From NCBI RefSeq assembly GCF_000021865.1, contig NC_014034.1, positions 1,920,001 through 1,952,000 of the forward strand: DNA of 32,000 nucleotides. The letters are read 5' to 3'. The first letter of the stretch is position 1, and every line of letters starts with the position of its first letter. This document shows, piece after piece, positions 17,157-26,081 of this stretch. Made by a program: the position numbers and the translations under genes. The notes beneath the pieces were generated by a model. The model ran no database searches. It was given only the letters and a program-made list of their open reading frames with translations, and was not told where the DNA came from. The stretch is from Rhodobacter capsulatus SB 1003. Its GTDB lineage: Bacteria; Pseudomonadota; Alphaproteobacteria; Rhodobacterales; Rhodobacteraceae.

Positions 17157-18296
17157 TTACGCGCCGATCAGCGTCACGGTGGCGATCGAGGCGATGCCTT
17201 CCTCGCGGCCCGTAAAGCCCAGCCGCTCCGAGGTCGTGGCCTTGACCGACACGCGCGAGGGCTCGATCTCCATGATCCGGGCGAGTTCCGCCGCCATCGC
17301 GACCGCATGCGGGCCGACCTTGGGCCGTTCGCAGATCAGCGTCACATCGGCATTGCCGATCCGGAAGCCGCGCGACTTCGCCAGTTTCGCCGCATGATCC
17401 AGAAAGATCCAGCTGGCGGCGCCTTTCCATTGCGGATCGCTGGGCGGGAAGTGACGGCCGATATCGCCCTCGGCCAGCGCGCCATAGATCGCGTCGGTCA
17501 GCGCATGCATGCCCACATCGGCGTCGGAATGGCCCAGAAGCGCCTTCACATGCGGCACCTTCACCCCGCACAGCACCACATGATCGCCCTCGCAGAAGGC
17601 GTGCACATCATAGCCGTTGCCCAGTCGCACATCCATCGTCAGCCCCTTTCGTTCACGCAATATCGCCTCGGCGCGGGCAAAATCCGGCGCATAGGTGATC
17701 TTCAGATTGTCTTCATGCCCCGGAACGATCGCCACGGAAAGCCCCGCGTGACGGGCGACCTCGACATCATCGGCGGCCCCGCCCGGATGGGCGCGATGCG
17801 CCGCCAGAATCTCGGGGAAGCGGAAGCCCTGCGGCGTCTGCGCCCGGTAAAGCCCCTCGCGGTCCTGCGTGCCCGCGACCAGACCGGCTTCGCCACGCCA
17901 CAGCGCATCGGTCACGGCCAGCGCGGGCGCAGCCCCCGGCGTGGTCTCCAAGGCGGCCAGAACCGCGGCGGTGACCGAGGCCGGAACCAGCGGCCGGGCG
18001 CCGTCATGGATCAGGACCCGCGTCACATCCGAGCCTTCCAGCGCCTCGAGCGCATTCTTCACGCTTTCCGACCGCGTCGATCCGCCCGCGACCAGCACGA
18101 CCGAGCCGCCCAGCAAATCCATGCCAAGCCCCATGTCGTCGGGATGCAGCACGACCAGAATCCGGCCGAGCCCCGCGAAAGCCGCGACCGTCTGTGCCAG
18201 AACCGGCCGCCCGGCCAGATCGCGCCATTGTTTCGGCAGGCCTTCGCCCGCCCGCGTGCCGCGACCCGCCGCGACGATGATCACCGCAACCGTCAT
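17157..18296 (-). CDS. ispDF: bifunctional 2-C-methyl-D-erythritol 4-phosphate cytidylyltransferase / MEcPP synthase (IspD-IspF fusion)
   Basis: 379 aa. The N-terminal half carries the IspD loop [10 protein letters not shown]. The C-terminal half carries the IspF motifs GYDVHAF and [12 protein letters not shown]. Confidence 0.95.
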   Translation of the reverse strand: MTVAVIIVAAGRGTRAGEGLPKQWRDLAGRPVLAQTVAAFAGLGRILVVLHPDDMGLGMDLLGGSVVLVAGGSTRSESVKNALEALEGSDVTRVLIHDGARPLVPASVTAAVLAALETTPGAAPALAVTDALWRGEAGLVAGTQDREGLYRAQTPQGFRFPEILAAHRAHPGGAADDVEVARHAGLSVAIVPGHEDNLKITYAPDFARAEAILRERKGLTMDVRLGNGYDVHAFCEGDHVVLCGVKVPHVKALLGHSDADVGMHALTDAIYGALAEGDIGRHFPPSDPQWKGAASWIFLDHAAKLAKSRGFRIGNADVTLICERPKVGPHAVAMAAELARIMEIEPSRVSVKATTSERLGFTGREEGIASIATVTLIGA

Positions 18297-18435
18297 GATG
18301 CCTCCTTGCTTGCCAAAGGCTTAGGACATGCGCCGCGCGGGCGCAATGCACACAGAGCCGCAGCTGATTGCCTATATTTTGTGCGGATGCCGATTTTTCT
18401 CGCCCGGGTGATGGGTCAGATCACCGGACGCAATT

Positions 18436-19464
18436 GTGATTCCCGGCGCCTGTCGCTACTTCCTTGAGCAGTTGCAAGAGAGAGACCAAGTGACGATCAG
18501 CCTCGATAGCCTTCGCCTCGACCCTCCGGTGCTTCTGGCGCCGATGGCGGGCATCACCGATCTGCCGTTCCGGCGCATGGTGGCGCGGTTCGGCGCGGGG
18601 CTTGTCGTGTCGGAAATGGTGGCCAGCGGCGAGATGCTGACCGCCAAGCCCTCGGTCCGGGCCAAGGCGCAGGCGGAACTGACGGCCGGTCTGCCGACCT
18701 CGGTGCAGCTGGCGGGCCGAGAAGCGGCGCCGATGGCCGAGGCGGCAAAGATCGTCGCCGACATGGGCGCCGAGATCATCGACATCAACATGGGCTGTCC
18801 GGCGAAAAAGGTGACGGGCGGGCTTTCGGGCGCGGCGCTGATGCGCAATCCCGATCATGCCTTGCGGCTGATCGAGGCGGTGGTGGGCGCGGTCGATCTG
18901 CCGGTGACGCTGAAGATGCGGCTGGGCTGGGACGAAGACCAGCTGAACGCGGCCGAGATCGCCGCCCGGGCCGAAGCGGCCGGGGTGAAGATGATCGTCA
19001 TTCACGGCCGCACCCGGATGCAGTTCTACACCGGCGCGGCGGATTGGCGGGCGATTGCGGCCGTGCGTGCGGCGGTTTCGGTGCCGGTGGTGGCGAATGG
19101 CGACATCACCGATGCCGCCTCGGCGCGGAGGGCGCTGGATCAGAGCGGCGCCGCGGGCGTGATGGTCGGGCGCGGCGCGCAGGGGGCGCCCTGGCGGCTG
19201 GCGCAGATCGCCGCCGCGCTTTTTGGCAAAGCAGATCCCAAACTTCCCTCCGGTTCCGAATTTTCCGACTTCGTGTCAGAGCACTACGAGGCGATCCTCA
19301 GTTTTTACGGCCGCGATCTGGGCTTGCGCATCGCGCGCAAGCATCTGGGCTGGTATGCCGAGGCCGCCGCCGCGCCGCTGCGCGCCGAAATGATGCGTGC
19401 GACCGATCCCGCTGCCACGCTTGCGCTGATCCGCAGCGCCTTTTCCGAAAGGGAGGCCGCATGA
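18436..19464 (+). CDS. dusB: tRNA-dihydrouridine synthase DusB (NifR3)
   Basis: LAPMAGITDLPFR and IDINMGCPAKKV motifs. The tracked start is GTG 18436. An in-frame GTG at 18490 (VTISLDSLRL..., 324 aa) is an equally plausible start. It has an ATGA overlap with ntrB. Confidence 0.9.
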   Translation: MIPGACRYFLEQLQERDQVTISLDSLRLDPPVLLAPMAGITDLPFRRMVARFGAGLVVSEMVASGEMLTAKPSVRAKAQAELTAGLPTSVQLAGREAAPMAEAAKIVADMGAEIIDINMGCPAKKVTGGLSGAALMRNPDHALRLIEAVVGAVDLPVTLKMRLGWDEDQLNAAEIAARAEAAGVKMIVIHGRTRMQFYTGAADWRAIAAVRAAVSVPVVANGDITDAASARRALDQSGAAGVMVGRGAQGAPWRLAQIAAALFGKADPKLPSGSEFSDFVSEHYEAILSFYGRDLGLRIARKHLGWYAEAAAAPLRAEMMRATDPAATLALIRSAFSEREAA

Positions 19465-20528
19465 ACCTGCCCCCGCCCGGCATCATCTGGAACTCGCTGC
19501 CGCTGCCCGCGCTGATGCTGGACGTCAACGACCGGGTGATCGAGATCAACCCGGCGGCCGAGCTTTTCCTCAACCTGTCGGCGCGGGCGCTGAAGGGGCA
19601 GGCGCTTGGCGAGCGGCTGGCGATTTCCGCCCCGCTCGAGGAAATCTTTGCCCGGGTGCGCAAGAATCGGTCCGCGCTTTTCGTCAACGACGTCGATCTG
19701 ACGACGGGCGAACGCGCGCCGGTGCAATGCAACCTGCAGGCCGCGCCGATCGCCGACGATCCGGAAACGGTGCTGCTGCTGATTTCGCCGCGCGAGATCG
19801 CCGACCGGCTGGGCCGGGCCAGCATGGTGAAATCGGCGGCGCGCTCGGCGATCGGCATGGCCGAGATGCTGGCGCATGAGATCAAGAACCCGCTGGCGGG
19901 GATCGCGGGGGCGGCGCAGCTTTTGTCGATGGGGCTTTCGGGCGAGGATCTGGAGCTGACCGATCTGATCGTCGATGAAACCCGCCGCATCGTGAAACTG
20001 CTGGAACAGGTCGAGCAGTTCGGCAATGTCCGCCCGCCCGAGATGAAACCGGTCAACATCCACGATGTGCTTGATCGGGCACGGAAATCTGCGGGCGTCG
20101 GCTTTGGCGCGCATATGCTGATCGTCGAGGATTACGACCCGTCGCTGCCGCCGACGCTGGGGGATGCCGACCAGCTGACACAGGTGTTCCTGAACCTTTT
20201 GAAGAACGCCTCCGAGGCCGCGAAGGGACAAGGCACGATCCGGCTGCGCACCTTTTACGATTACGCGCTGCGGCTGCGGCGGCCCGATGGCGGCGGGCAG
20301 CGCCTGCCGCTGCAGGTCGAGGTGATCGACGACGGTCCGGGCATTCCGGCCGATATCGCCAGCTCGATCTTTGAACCCTTCGTTTCCGGACGCGAGAACG
20401 GCACCGGCCTTGGCCTGGCGCTGGTGTCAAAGATCATCTCTGAACACAATGGCTGGATCAGCGTCGAAAGCGCCCCCGGCCGCACCCTTTTCCGCATTTC
20501 CTTGCCCGTCGCCCCGAAGGAGCTTTGA
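19461..20528 (+). CDS. ntrB: nitrogen regulation sensor histidine kinase NtrB
   Basis: Start at ATG 19461 (MNLPPPGIIWNSL...), giving 355 aa. It has a PAS-like N-terminus, the H box LAHEIKNPLAGI, the N box NLLKNASEA and the G boxes DDGPGIP and GTGLGLALV. The upstream part of the tracked ORF overlaps dusB out of frame. Confidence 0.92.
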   Translation: MNLPPPGIIWNSLPLPALMLDVNDRVIEINPAAELFLNLSARALKGQALGERLAISAPLEEIFARVRKNRSALFVNDVDLTTGERAPVQCNLQAAPIADDPETVLLLISPREIADRLGRASMVKSAARSAIGMAEMLAHEIKNPLAGIAGAAQLLSMGLSGEDLELTDLIVDETRRIVKLLEQVEQFGNVRPPEMKPVNIHDVLDRARKSAGVGFGAHMLIVEDYDPSLPPTLGDADQLTQVFLNLLKNASEAAKGQGTIRLRTFYDYALRLRRPDGGGQRLPLQVEVIDDGPGIPADIASSIFEPFVSGRENGTGLGLALVSKIISEHNGWISVESAPGRTLFRISLPVAPKEL

Positions 20529-20531
20529 CAG

Positions 20532-21908
20532 ATGGATGGCACCGTTCTCGTCGCCGACGACGACCGCACGATCCGCACCGTTCTGACCCAGGCGCTGACC
20601 CGCGCCGGCTGCAAGGTCCATGCGACGGCGTCCCTGATGACGCTGATGCGCTGGGTCGAGGAGGGCAAGGGCGATCTGGTGATTTCCGACGTGGTCATGC
20701 CCGACGGCAACGGGCTCGAGGCGCTGCCGCGGATCGCGCGGGAACGGCCGGGCCTGCCGGTGATCGTGATCTCGGCGCAAAACACCATCATGACGGCGAT
20801 TCAGGCGGCCGAGGCCGATGCCTATGATTACCTGCCCAAGCCCTTCGATCTGCCCGATCTGATGAAACGGGCGGCCCGCGCGCTGGAACTCAAGCGCCGC
20901 GCGCAGGTGGTGCCGAAGGTGATCGAGACCTCGCGCCCCGAGGGCACCGATCTGCCGCTGGTCGGGCGCACGGCGGCGATGCAGGCGCTGTACCGGCTGG
21001 TGGCGCGGGTGATGAATGCCGATCTGCCGGTGATGATCATGGGCGAATCCGGCACCGGCAAATCGCTGATCGCAAAGGCCATTCACGATTTCTCCGACCG
21101 TCGCACGCTGCCCTTCGTGGTGGCGCAGGCGGCCGATCTGCTGGGGGCGGACGGGCCCTCAAGCCTTCTGGCGCGCGTCAAGGGCGGCTCGCTCGTCTTT
21201 GACGAGGTCGGCGATTACGACGACGAGACGCAGGGCCGGATCGTGCGGATGTTGGATGCGCTGCCCGATCCCGCGCCGCGGATCATGGCGACGACGCAGG
21301 TCGATCTGGGCGCGCTGATGGAGGCGGGCCGGTTCCGGCAGGATCTTTACTACCGTCTGGGCGGGGTGACGCTGGCCGTGCCCGCGCTGCGTGAGCGGGT
21401 CGAGGACATCCCGCTGCTGGCCGAGCATTTCCTGGGCCGGGCCGAGCGCGACGGTCTCGGCATGCGCCGCTTCTCGGCCGAGGCGATGGGGCTGGTGCGG
21501 GCCTATGCCTGGCCGGGCAATGTGCGCCAGCTCGAAAACACCGTGCGGCGGCTCGTCGTGACGGCCTCCGAGGAGGAAATCACCCGGACCGAGGTGGAGT
21601 TCGTTCTGGGCAACCAGCCCGCGGTCGACGCGCTGCGCGGCGCGGGCGGCGAGGGCGAGAAACTCTCCGCCTCGATCGCCCGGCATCTGCGGCGCTACTT
21701 CGACCTGCACGGCGGCAACCTGCCGCCGCCCGGGCTTTACGACCGGATTCTGGCGGAAATGGAAGCGCCGCTGATCGAGATCGCGCTGGATGCCACCGGC
21801 GGCAACCAGGCCAAATGTGCCGATCTTCTGGGGATCAACCGCAATACCTTGCGCAAAAAGATCACCGATCTGGATATTCAGGTGACAAGGCGGCGCAAAC
21901 TGATGTAA
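20532..21908 (+). CDS. ntrC: nitrogen regulation response regulator NtrC (AAA+ enhancer-binding-type, GAFTGA-less)
   Basis: 458 aa. It has a receiver domain (DVVMPDGNG), Walker [19 protein letters not shown], and a Fis-type [25 protein letters not shown]. Confidence 0.93.
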
Positions 21909-21978
21909 ATGGGCCACAGGTAATTGTGGCAAATCCACCTCACGGGATTCGCCGCGGCGGAGAACCGGGGGACCCGTC

Positions 21979-24234
21979 GTGTCCATGACGAGGAGTGGCT
22001 CAGCTTGGGAGAAGCTGGCGCGGCTGCGGCGCCTGCGCCGGGTGCAAAGCGGCTTCGTCTTTGGCCTTGCGGTGCTGGGTCCGGCGCTGGCGATCATCAC
22101 CTTTGTCGTGCTCGGGCCTTTGGGGCAGGGCGCCGACAGCATCGCGCTGCGGCTGACGCTTCTGGGCGACTTCATCTATTTCCTCGTCCTGGCCGGGCTG
22201 ATCCTTTTGCGCCTGACGCAGATGATGGCGGCGCGGCGTGCGCGGGCGACGGGCTCGCGGCTGACATTGCGGCTGACCGGGGTCTTTGCCGGAATCGCGC
22301 TGGTGCCCACCGTGCTGGTGGCGCTCTTTGCCGGGCTGACCGTCAACATCGGGCTGGAGGGCTGGTTTTCCGACCGGGTGCGCTCGGTCGTCGGCACCTC
22401 GCTCTCGGCCGCCGAAGCCTATCAGGAGGAACACCGCCACGATCTGGTCCAGGATGCCGGGGCGCTGGCCGGGTTTCTCAACCTGCGCCGTCAGGCGGCG
22501 ACCTTTGCCGATGACGGCGATCTGCGCGAATGGCTGGTGGCGGGGCAGCAGGGCATTCAGCGCGGGCTCAAGGAAGCCTATGTGATCGATGGCGGCGCGG
22601 CGATCGTCGCCCGCGGCGATCGCTCTTATCTTTTCGACTATGAAACCCCGGCGCCGGAAAAGGTGGTCGCCGCGGCCAAGGGCGACACCGTCCTGATCGA
22701 GGATTGGTCGAATTCGGAATTCCGGGCGCTGATCAAGCTTGATGCCTATGTCGACCGCTATCTCTATGTCTCGCGCGCGGTCGATGGCCAGATCCTGTCA
22801 CTGCTCGACAATACGCGCGAAACTGTCCATCTTTATCAACAGCTTGAGACTTCGCGCGGGCGGGTTCTGTTCGAATTCGGGCTGATCTATGTCGCGTTCG
22901 CGCTGATCCTGATTCTGGCGGCGATCTGGGCCGGGCTCTGGTTTGCCGAGCGGCTCTCGCGCCCGATCGGGCGGCTGGCGGCGGCGGCCGAGCGGGTCGG
23001 CGCGGGCGATCTCGATGCGCGGGTGATCGAGGAAGAGGGCGATGACGAAATCGCCACGCTGGGACAGGTCTTCAACCGGATGACCGGCCAGCTCAAGGGG
23101 CAGCGCGCCGAACTGGTCGCCTCGCACCGCGAGACCGACGAGCAGCGGCGGATGTTCGATTCCGTTCTGTCTTCGGTCACGTCGGGGGTGATCGGGCTGG
23201 ATGCCGAAGGGCGGATCGACTTTCTCAACCCTTCGGCGGTGCGGATCCTGAAGCTGACCGCCGCGCGCGACACCGATCGCCCGCTGGCCGAGGCCGTTCC
23301 GGAATTCGCCTCGCTTTTCCAGAAGTTGCAGGACGGTCTTCATGCGGTCGTGCAAGAAGAGGTGCGGGTCTCCCGCGAGGGGCGTCTGGAAAGCCTGCTG
23401 GTGCGGATGGCCGAACGACGCGCCTCGGGGCAGCGCGAGGGCTATGTGGTCGCCTTTGACGACGTGACCGAGCTGGTCTCGGCGCAAAGGATGGCGGCCT
23501 GGGGCGACGTGGCGCGGCGGATCGCACATGAGATCAAGAACCCGCTGACGCCGATCCAGCTTTCGGCCGAGCGGATCAAGCGCAAGTTCACCCGTCAGGT
23601 TGCCCCCGAGGAGGCCGAGGCGCTGGAGCAACTGACCGGGGTGATCGTGCGCCAGACCGATGATCTGCGCCGGATCGTCGATGAATTCTCGCGCTTTGCC
23701 CGGATGCCGGAACCGGACCGGCGCGACCATGACATCGTGGCGCTGACCCGCGATGCGGTGCTGTTGCAGGAAGGTTCGCTGCACGGGGCGAAGCTGAGCG
23801 CCGATCTGCCCGAGGGGCCGGTGGTGGTCGAACTGGATGCGACGATGATTTCCCAGGCGCTGACCAATCTGATCAAGAACGCTGGCGAGGCGATCGAAAG
23901 CCTGATCGAAAAGGGCGCCCCCGAAGGCTACGCGCCGCAGGTCCGCGTCCGCCTGACCGCCGAGCCCGAAGCGGTGGAGATCCGGATCATGGACAATGGC
24001 ATCGGCCTGCCGCCCGACCGGGCGCGGCTCTTTGAACCCTATGTGACGACCCGCGCCAAGGGCACCGGGCTTGGCCTGTCGATCGTCAAGAAGATCATCG
24101 AGGAACATGGCGGCATGCTGGTTCTGACCGATGCCCCCGCCTTTGGCCCGGGCGCCCGTCCCGGCGCCTGTGCCGAAATCAGACTGCCTCGCGCCCGTTC
24201 CGGGCTGCGCGCCATCAAGGATAGTGAGCCATGA
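21979..24234 (+). CDS. ntrY: sensor histidine kinase NtrY
   Basis: 751 aa with N-terminal TM segments, a HAMP domain (RPIGRLAAAAERVGAGDL), a PAS domain, the H box IAHEIKNPLTPIQLSAE, DNGIGLP and GTGLGLSIVKKI. The start is GTG 21979 or ATG 21985. Confidence 0.92.
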   Translation: MSMTRSGSAWEKLARLRRLRRVQSGFVFGLAVLGPALAIITFVVLGPLGQGADSIALRLTLLGDFIYFLVLAGLILLRLTQMMAARRARATGSRLTLRLTGVFAGIALVPTVLVALFAGLTVNIGLEGWFSDRVRSVVGTSLSAAEAYQEEHRHDLVQDAGALAGFLNLRRQAATFADDGDLREWLVAGQQGIQRGLKEAYVIDGGAAIVARGDRSYLFDYETPAPEKVVAAAKGDTVLIEDWSNSEFRALIKLDAYVDRYLYVSRAVDGQILSLLDNTRETVHLYQQLETSRGRVLFEFGLIYVAFALILILAAIWAGLWFAERLSRPIGRLAAAAERVGAGDLDARVIEEEGDDEIATLGQVFNRMTGQLKGQRAELVASHRETDEQRRMFDSVLSSVTSGVIGLDAEGRIDFLNPSAVRILKLTAARDTDRPLAEAVPEFASLFQKLQDGLHAVVQEEVRVSREGRLESLLVRMAERRASGQREGYVVAFDDVTELVSAQRMAAWGDVARRIAHEIKNPLTPIQLSAERIKRKFTRQVAPEEAEALEQLTGVIVRQTDDLRRIVDEFSRFARMPEPDRRDHDIVALTRDAVLLQEGSLHGAKLSADLPEGPVVVELDATMISQALTNLIKNAGEAIESLIEKGAPEGYAPQVRVRLTAEPEAVEIRIMDNGIGLPPDRARLFEPYVTTRAKGTGLGLSIVKKIIEEHGGMLVLTDAPAFGPGARPGACAEIRLPRARSGLRAIKDSEP

Positions 24235-25661
24235 GCGACATTCTCATCGTCGATGACGAAAAGGACATCCGCGACCTGATCGCCGACATCCTCAAGGACG
24301 AGGGCTATGCGACGCGGACGGCGGCCAATTCCGACGCCTGCATGGAGGCGATCAACACCGAGGCCCCGGCGCTGATGATCCTCGACATCTGGCTCAAGGA
24401 CAGCCGGATGGACGGCATCGACATCCTGAAGACGGTGAAGCGCGACAACCCGGACATTCCGATCATCATCATCTCGGGCCATGGCAATATCGAGATCGCG
24501 GTCGCCGCGATCAAGCAGGGCGCTTACGATTTCATCTCGAAGCCCTTCAACATCGACCAGCTGATGGTGGTGATTTCGCGGGCGATGGAAACCAGCCGGC
24601 TGCGGCGGGAAAATTCCAGCCTGCGGCGGCGGGATCTGCATTCCGGGGACATGATCGGCACTTCCGCGGCGTTCCGGCGGCTGAAGGACCAGCTCGACAA
24701 GGTGACGAAATCGAACGGGCGGGTGATGCTGACCGGCGATCCTGGCTCGGGCAAGGAATCGGCGGCGCGTTACATCCACCAGCATTCGACCCGGGCGGCG
24801 GCGGCCTTTGTCACGGTGAATTCCGCGACGATCGCCCCCGAACGCATGGAAGAGGTGCTGTTCGGCCGCGAAACCGCGGAACGCGGGATTGAAAAAGGCC
24901 TTCTGGAACAAGCGCATGGCGGGGTGATCTATTTCGACGAAGTGGCCGAGATGCCGCTTGGCACGCAATCAAAGATCCTGCGCGTGCTGACCGAGCAGCA
25001 ATTCTCCCGCGTCGGCGGCTCTGACAAGGTGCGGGTCGATCTGCGGGTAATTTCCTCGACCACGCGCAACCTGACCGCCGAGATCGCCGCCGGACGCTTC
25101 CGCCAGGAGCTTTACGACCGGCTCAACGTGGTGCCGATCGCCGTGCCGTCCCTGGCCGAACGGCGCGAGGATGTGCCGCTGATCGCGGCGCATTTCATCG
25201 AGGTCTTCAACCGCACCCAGGGTCTGGCGCTGCGGCCGCTCTCCGAGGAAGCGGTGGCCAGCCTGCAGACGATGGACTGGCCGGGCAACATCCGCGAATT
25301 GCGCAACGTGATCGAGCGGGTGCTGATCCTCGGCGACGGCACCGGGCCGATCGAGGCGCGCGAGCTGCCGGGCAATGCGGCCCTGCCCGAGGAGGGGCGG
25401 ATCGTGCTCGGCGGTCAGCTGGCGTCGCTGCCCCTGCGCGAGGCGCGGGAACTCTTCGAGCGCGAATATCTGCTGACGCAGATCAACCGCTTTGGCGGCA
25501 ACATCTCGCGCACGGCGGCCTTTGTCGGCATGGAACGCTCGGCGCTGCACCGCAAGCTGAAATCGCTGGGCGTCGTCACCTCGGCGAAATCCGGGCGCGG
25601 CGGGGCGGGCTTCGACGAGACCGAAGAGGACGAAATCGAGGCCGCGGGCGACGAGGTCTGA
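24231..25661 (+). CDS. ntrX: response regulator NtrX (AAA+ type, GAFTGA-less)
   Basis: 476 aa with a receiver domain (LMILDIWLKDSRMDG), the degenerate Walker A GDPGSGKES, WPGNIRELRN, the HTH GGNISRTAAFVGMERSALHRKLK and an acidic tail. It has an ATGA overlap with the ntrY stop. Confidence 0.92.
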   Translation: MSDILIVDDEKDIRDLIADILKDEGYATRTAANSDACMEAINTEAPALMILDIWLKDSRMDGIDILKTVKRDNPDIPIIIISGHGNIEIAVAAIKQGAYDFISKPFNIDQLMVVISRAMETSRLRRENSSLRRRDLHSGDMIGTSAAFRRLKDQLDKVTKSNGRVMLTGDPGSGKESAARYIHQHSTRAAAAFVTVNSATIAPERMEEVLFGRETAERGIEKGLLEQAHGGVIYFDEVAEMPLGTQSKILRVLTEQQFSRVGGSDKVRVDLRVISSTTRNLTAEIAAGRFRQELYDRLNVVPIAVPSLAERREDVPLIAAHFIEVFNRTQGLALRPLSEEAVASLQTMDWPGNIRELRNVIERVLILGDGTGPIEARELPGNAALPEEGRIVLGGQLASLPLREARELFEREYLLTQINRFGGNISRTAAFVGMERSALHRKLKSLGVVTSAKSGRGGAGFDETEEDEIEAAGDEV

Positions 25662-25666
25662 GGCTG

Positions 25667-25687
25667 CGGGGGCCGGACGGGCCCCCG
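25667..25687 (+). terminator. GC hairpin after ntrX (weak terminator candidate)
   Basis: CGGGGGCC-ggacg-GGCCCCCG, an 8-bp stem 6 nt after the stop. No U-tract follows. Confidence 0.35.
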
Positions 25688-25813
25688 ACTGCGCCCCGCG
25701 GGCGACAGGAAACGTCAAATTCCGTGCCCCGGGCGCAAGTCTCTGCTTTTTGGCTGGAATCTCTTGCACCTTTGCGCATACTTGCTTTGGGAGACCGAAA
25801 CCGGCCCCGCGCG

Positions 25814-25847
25814 ACAGGACAAGACAGAAAAAAAGGCATAAGAAAAA
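25814..25847 (+). promoter_or_regulatory. A-rich 5' leader immediately upstream of the hfq start codon
   Basis: ACAGGACAAGACAGAAAAAAAGGCATAAGAAAAA has 22 A in 34 nt, in an otherwise GC-rich window. Confidence 0.4.
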
Positions 25848-26081
25848 ATGGCTGCCGACAAACAGAACCTTCAGGACGCCTTCCTCAACCACGTCCGCAA
25901 GACCAAGGTTCCGGTCACGATCTTCCTCATCAACGGGGTGAAACTGCAAGGCGTGATCACCTGGTTCGACAACTTCTGCGTGCTTCTGCGCCGCGACGGC
26001 CAATCGCAGCTGGTCTACAAACACGCGATTTCGACGATCATGCCCGGCTCGCCGATCTCTCTTTACGAGGGCGAAGACTGA
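25848..26081 (+). CDS. hfq: RNA chaperone Hfq
   Basis: 77 aa with Sm1/Sm2 motifs: [40 protein letters not shown] and YKHAISTI. Confidence 0.97.
   Translation: MAADKQNLQDAFLNHVRKTKVPVTIFLINGVKLQGVITWFDNFCVLLRRDGQSQLVYKHAISTIMPGSPISLYEGED

Noticed and set aside
21913-21930. The hairpin GCCACA-ggtaat-TGTGGC between ntrC and ntrY, as a terminator or attenuator.
   Set aside because: It has only a 6-bp stem, is relatively AT-rich and has no U-tract. That is too weak to call without transcript data.
25751-25767. A second sigma-54-like motif, TGGCTGGAATCTCTTGC, upstream of hfq.
   Set aside because: The GG-to-GC spacing is 2 nt longer than the invariant -24/-12 spacing, so it is unlikely to be functional.
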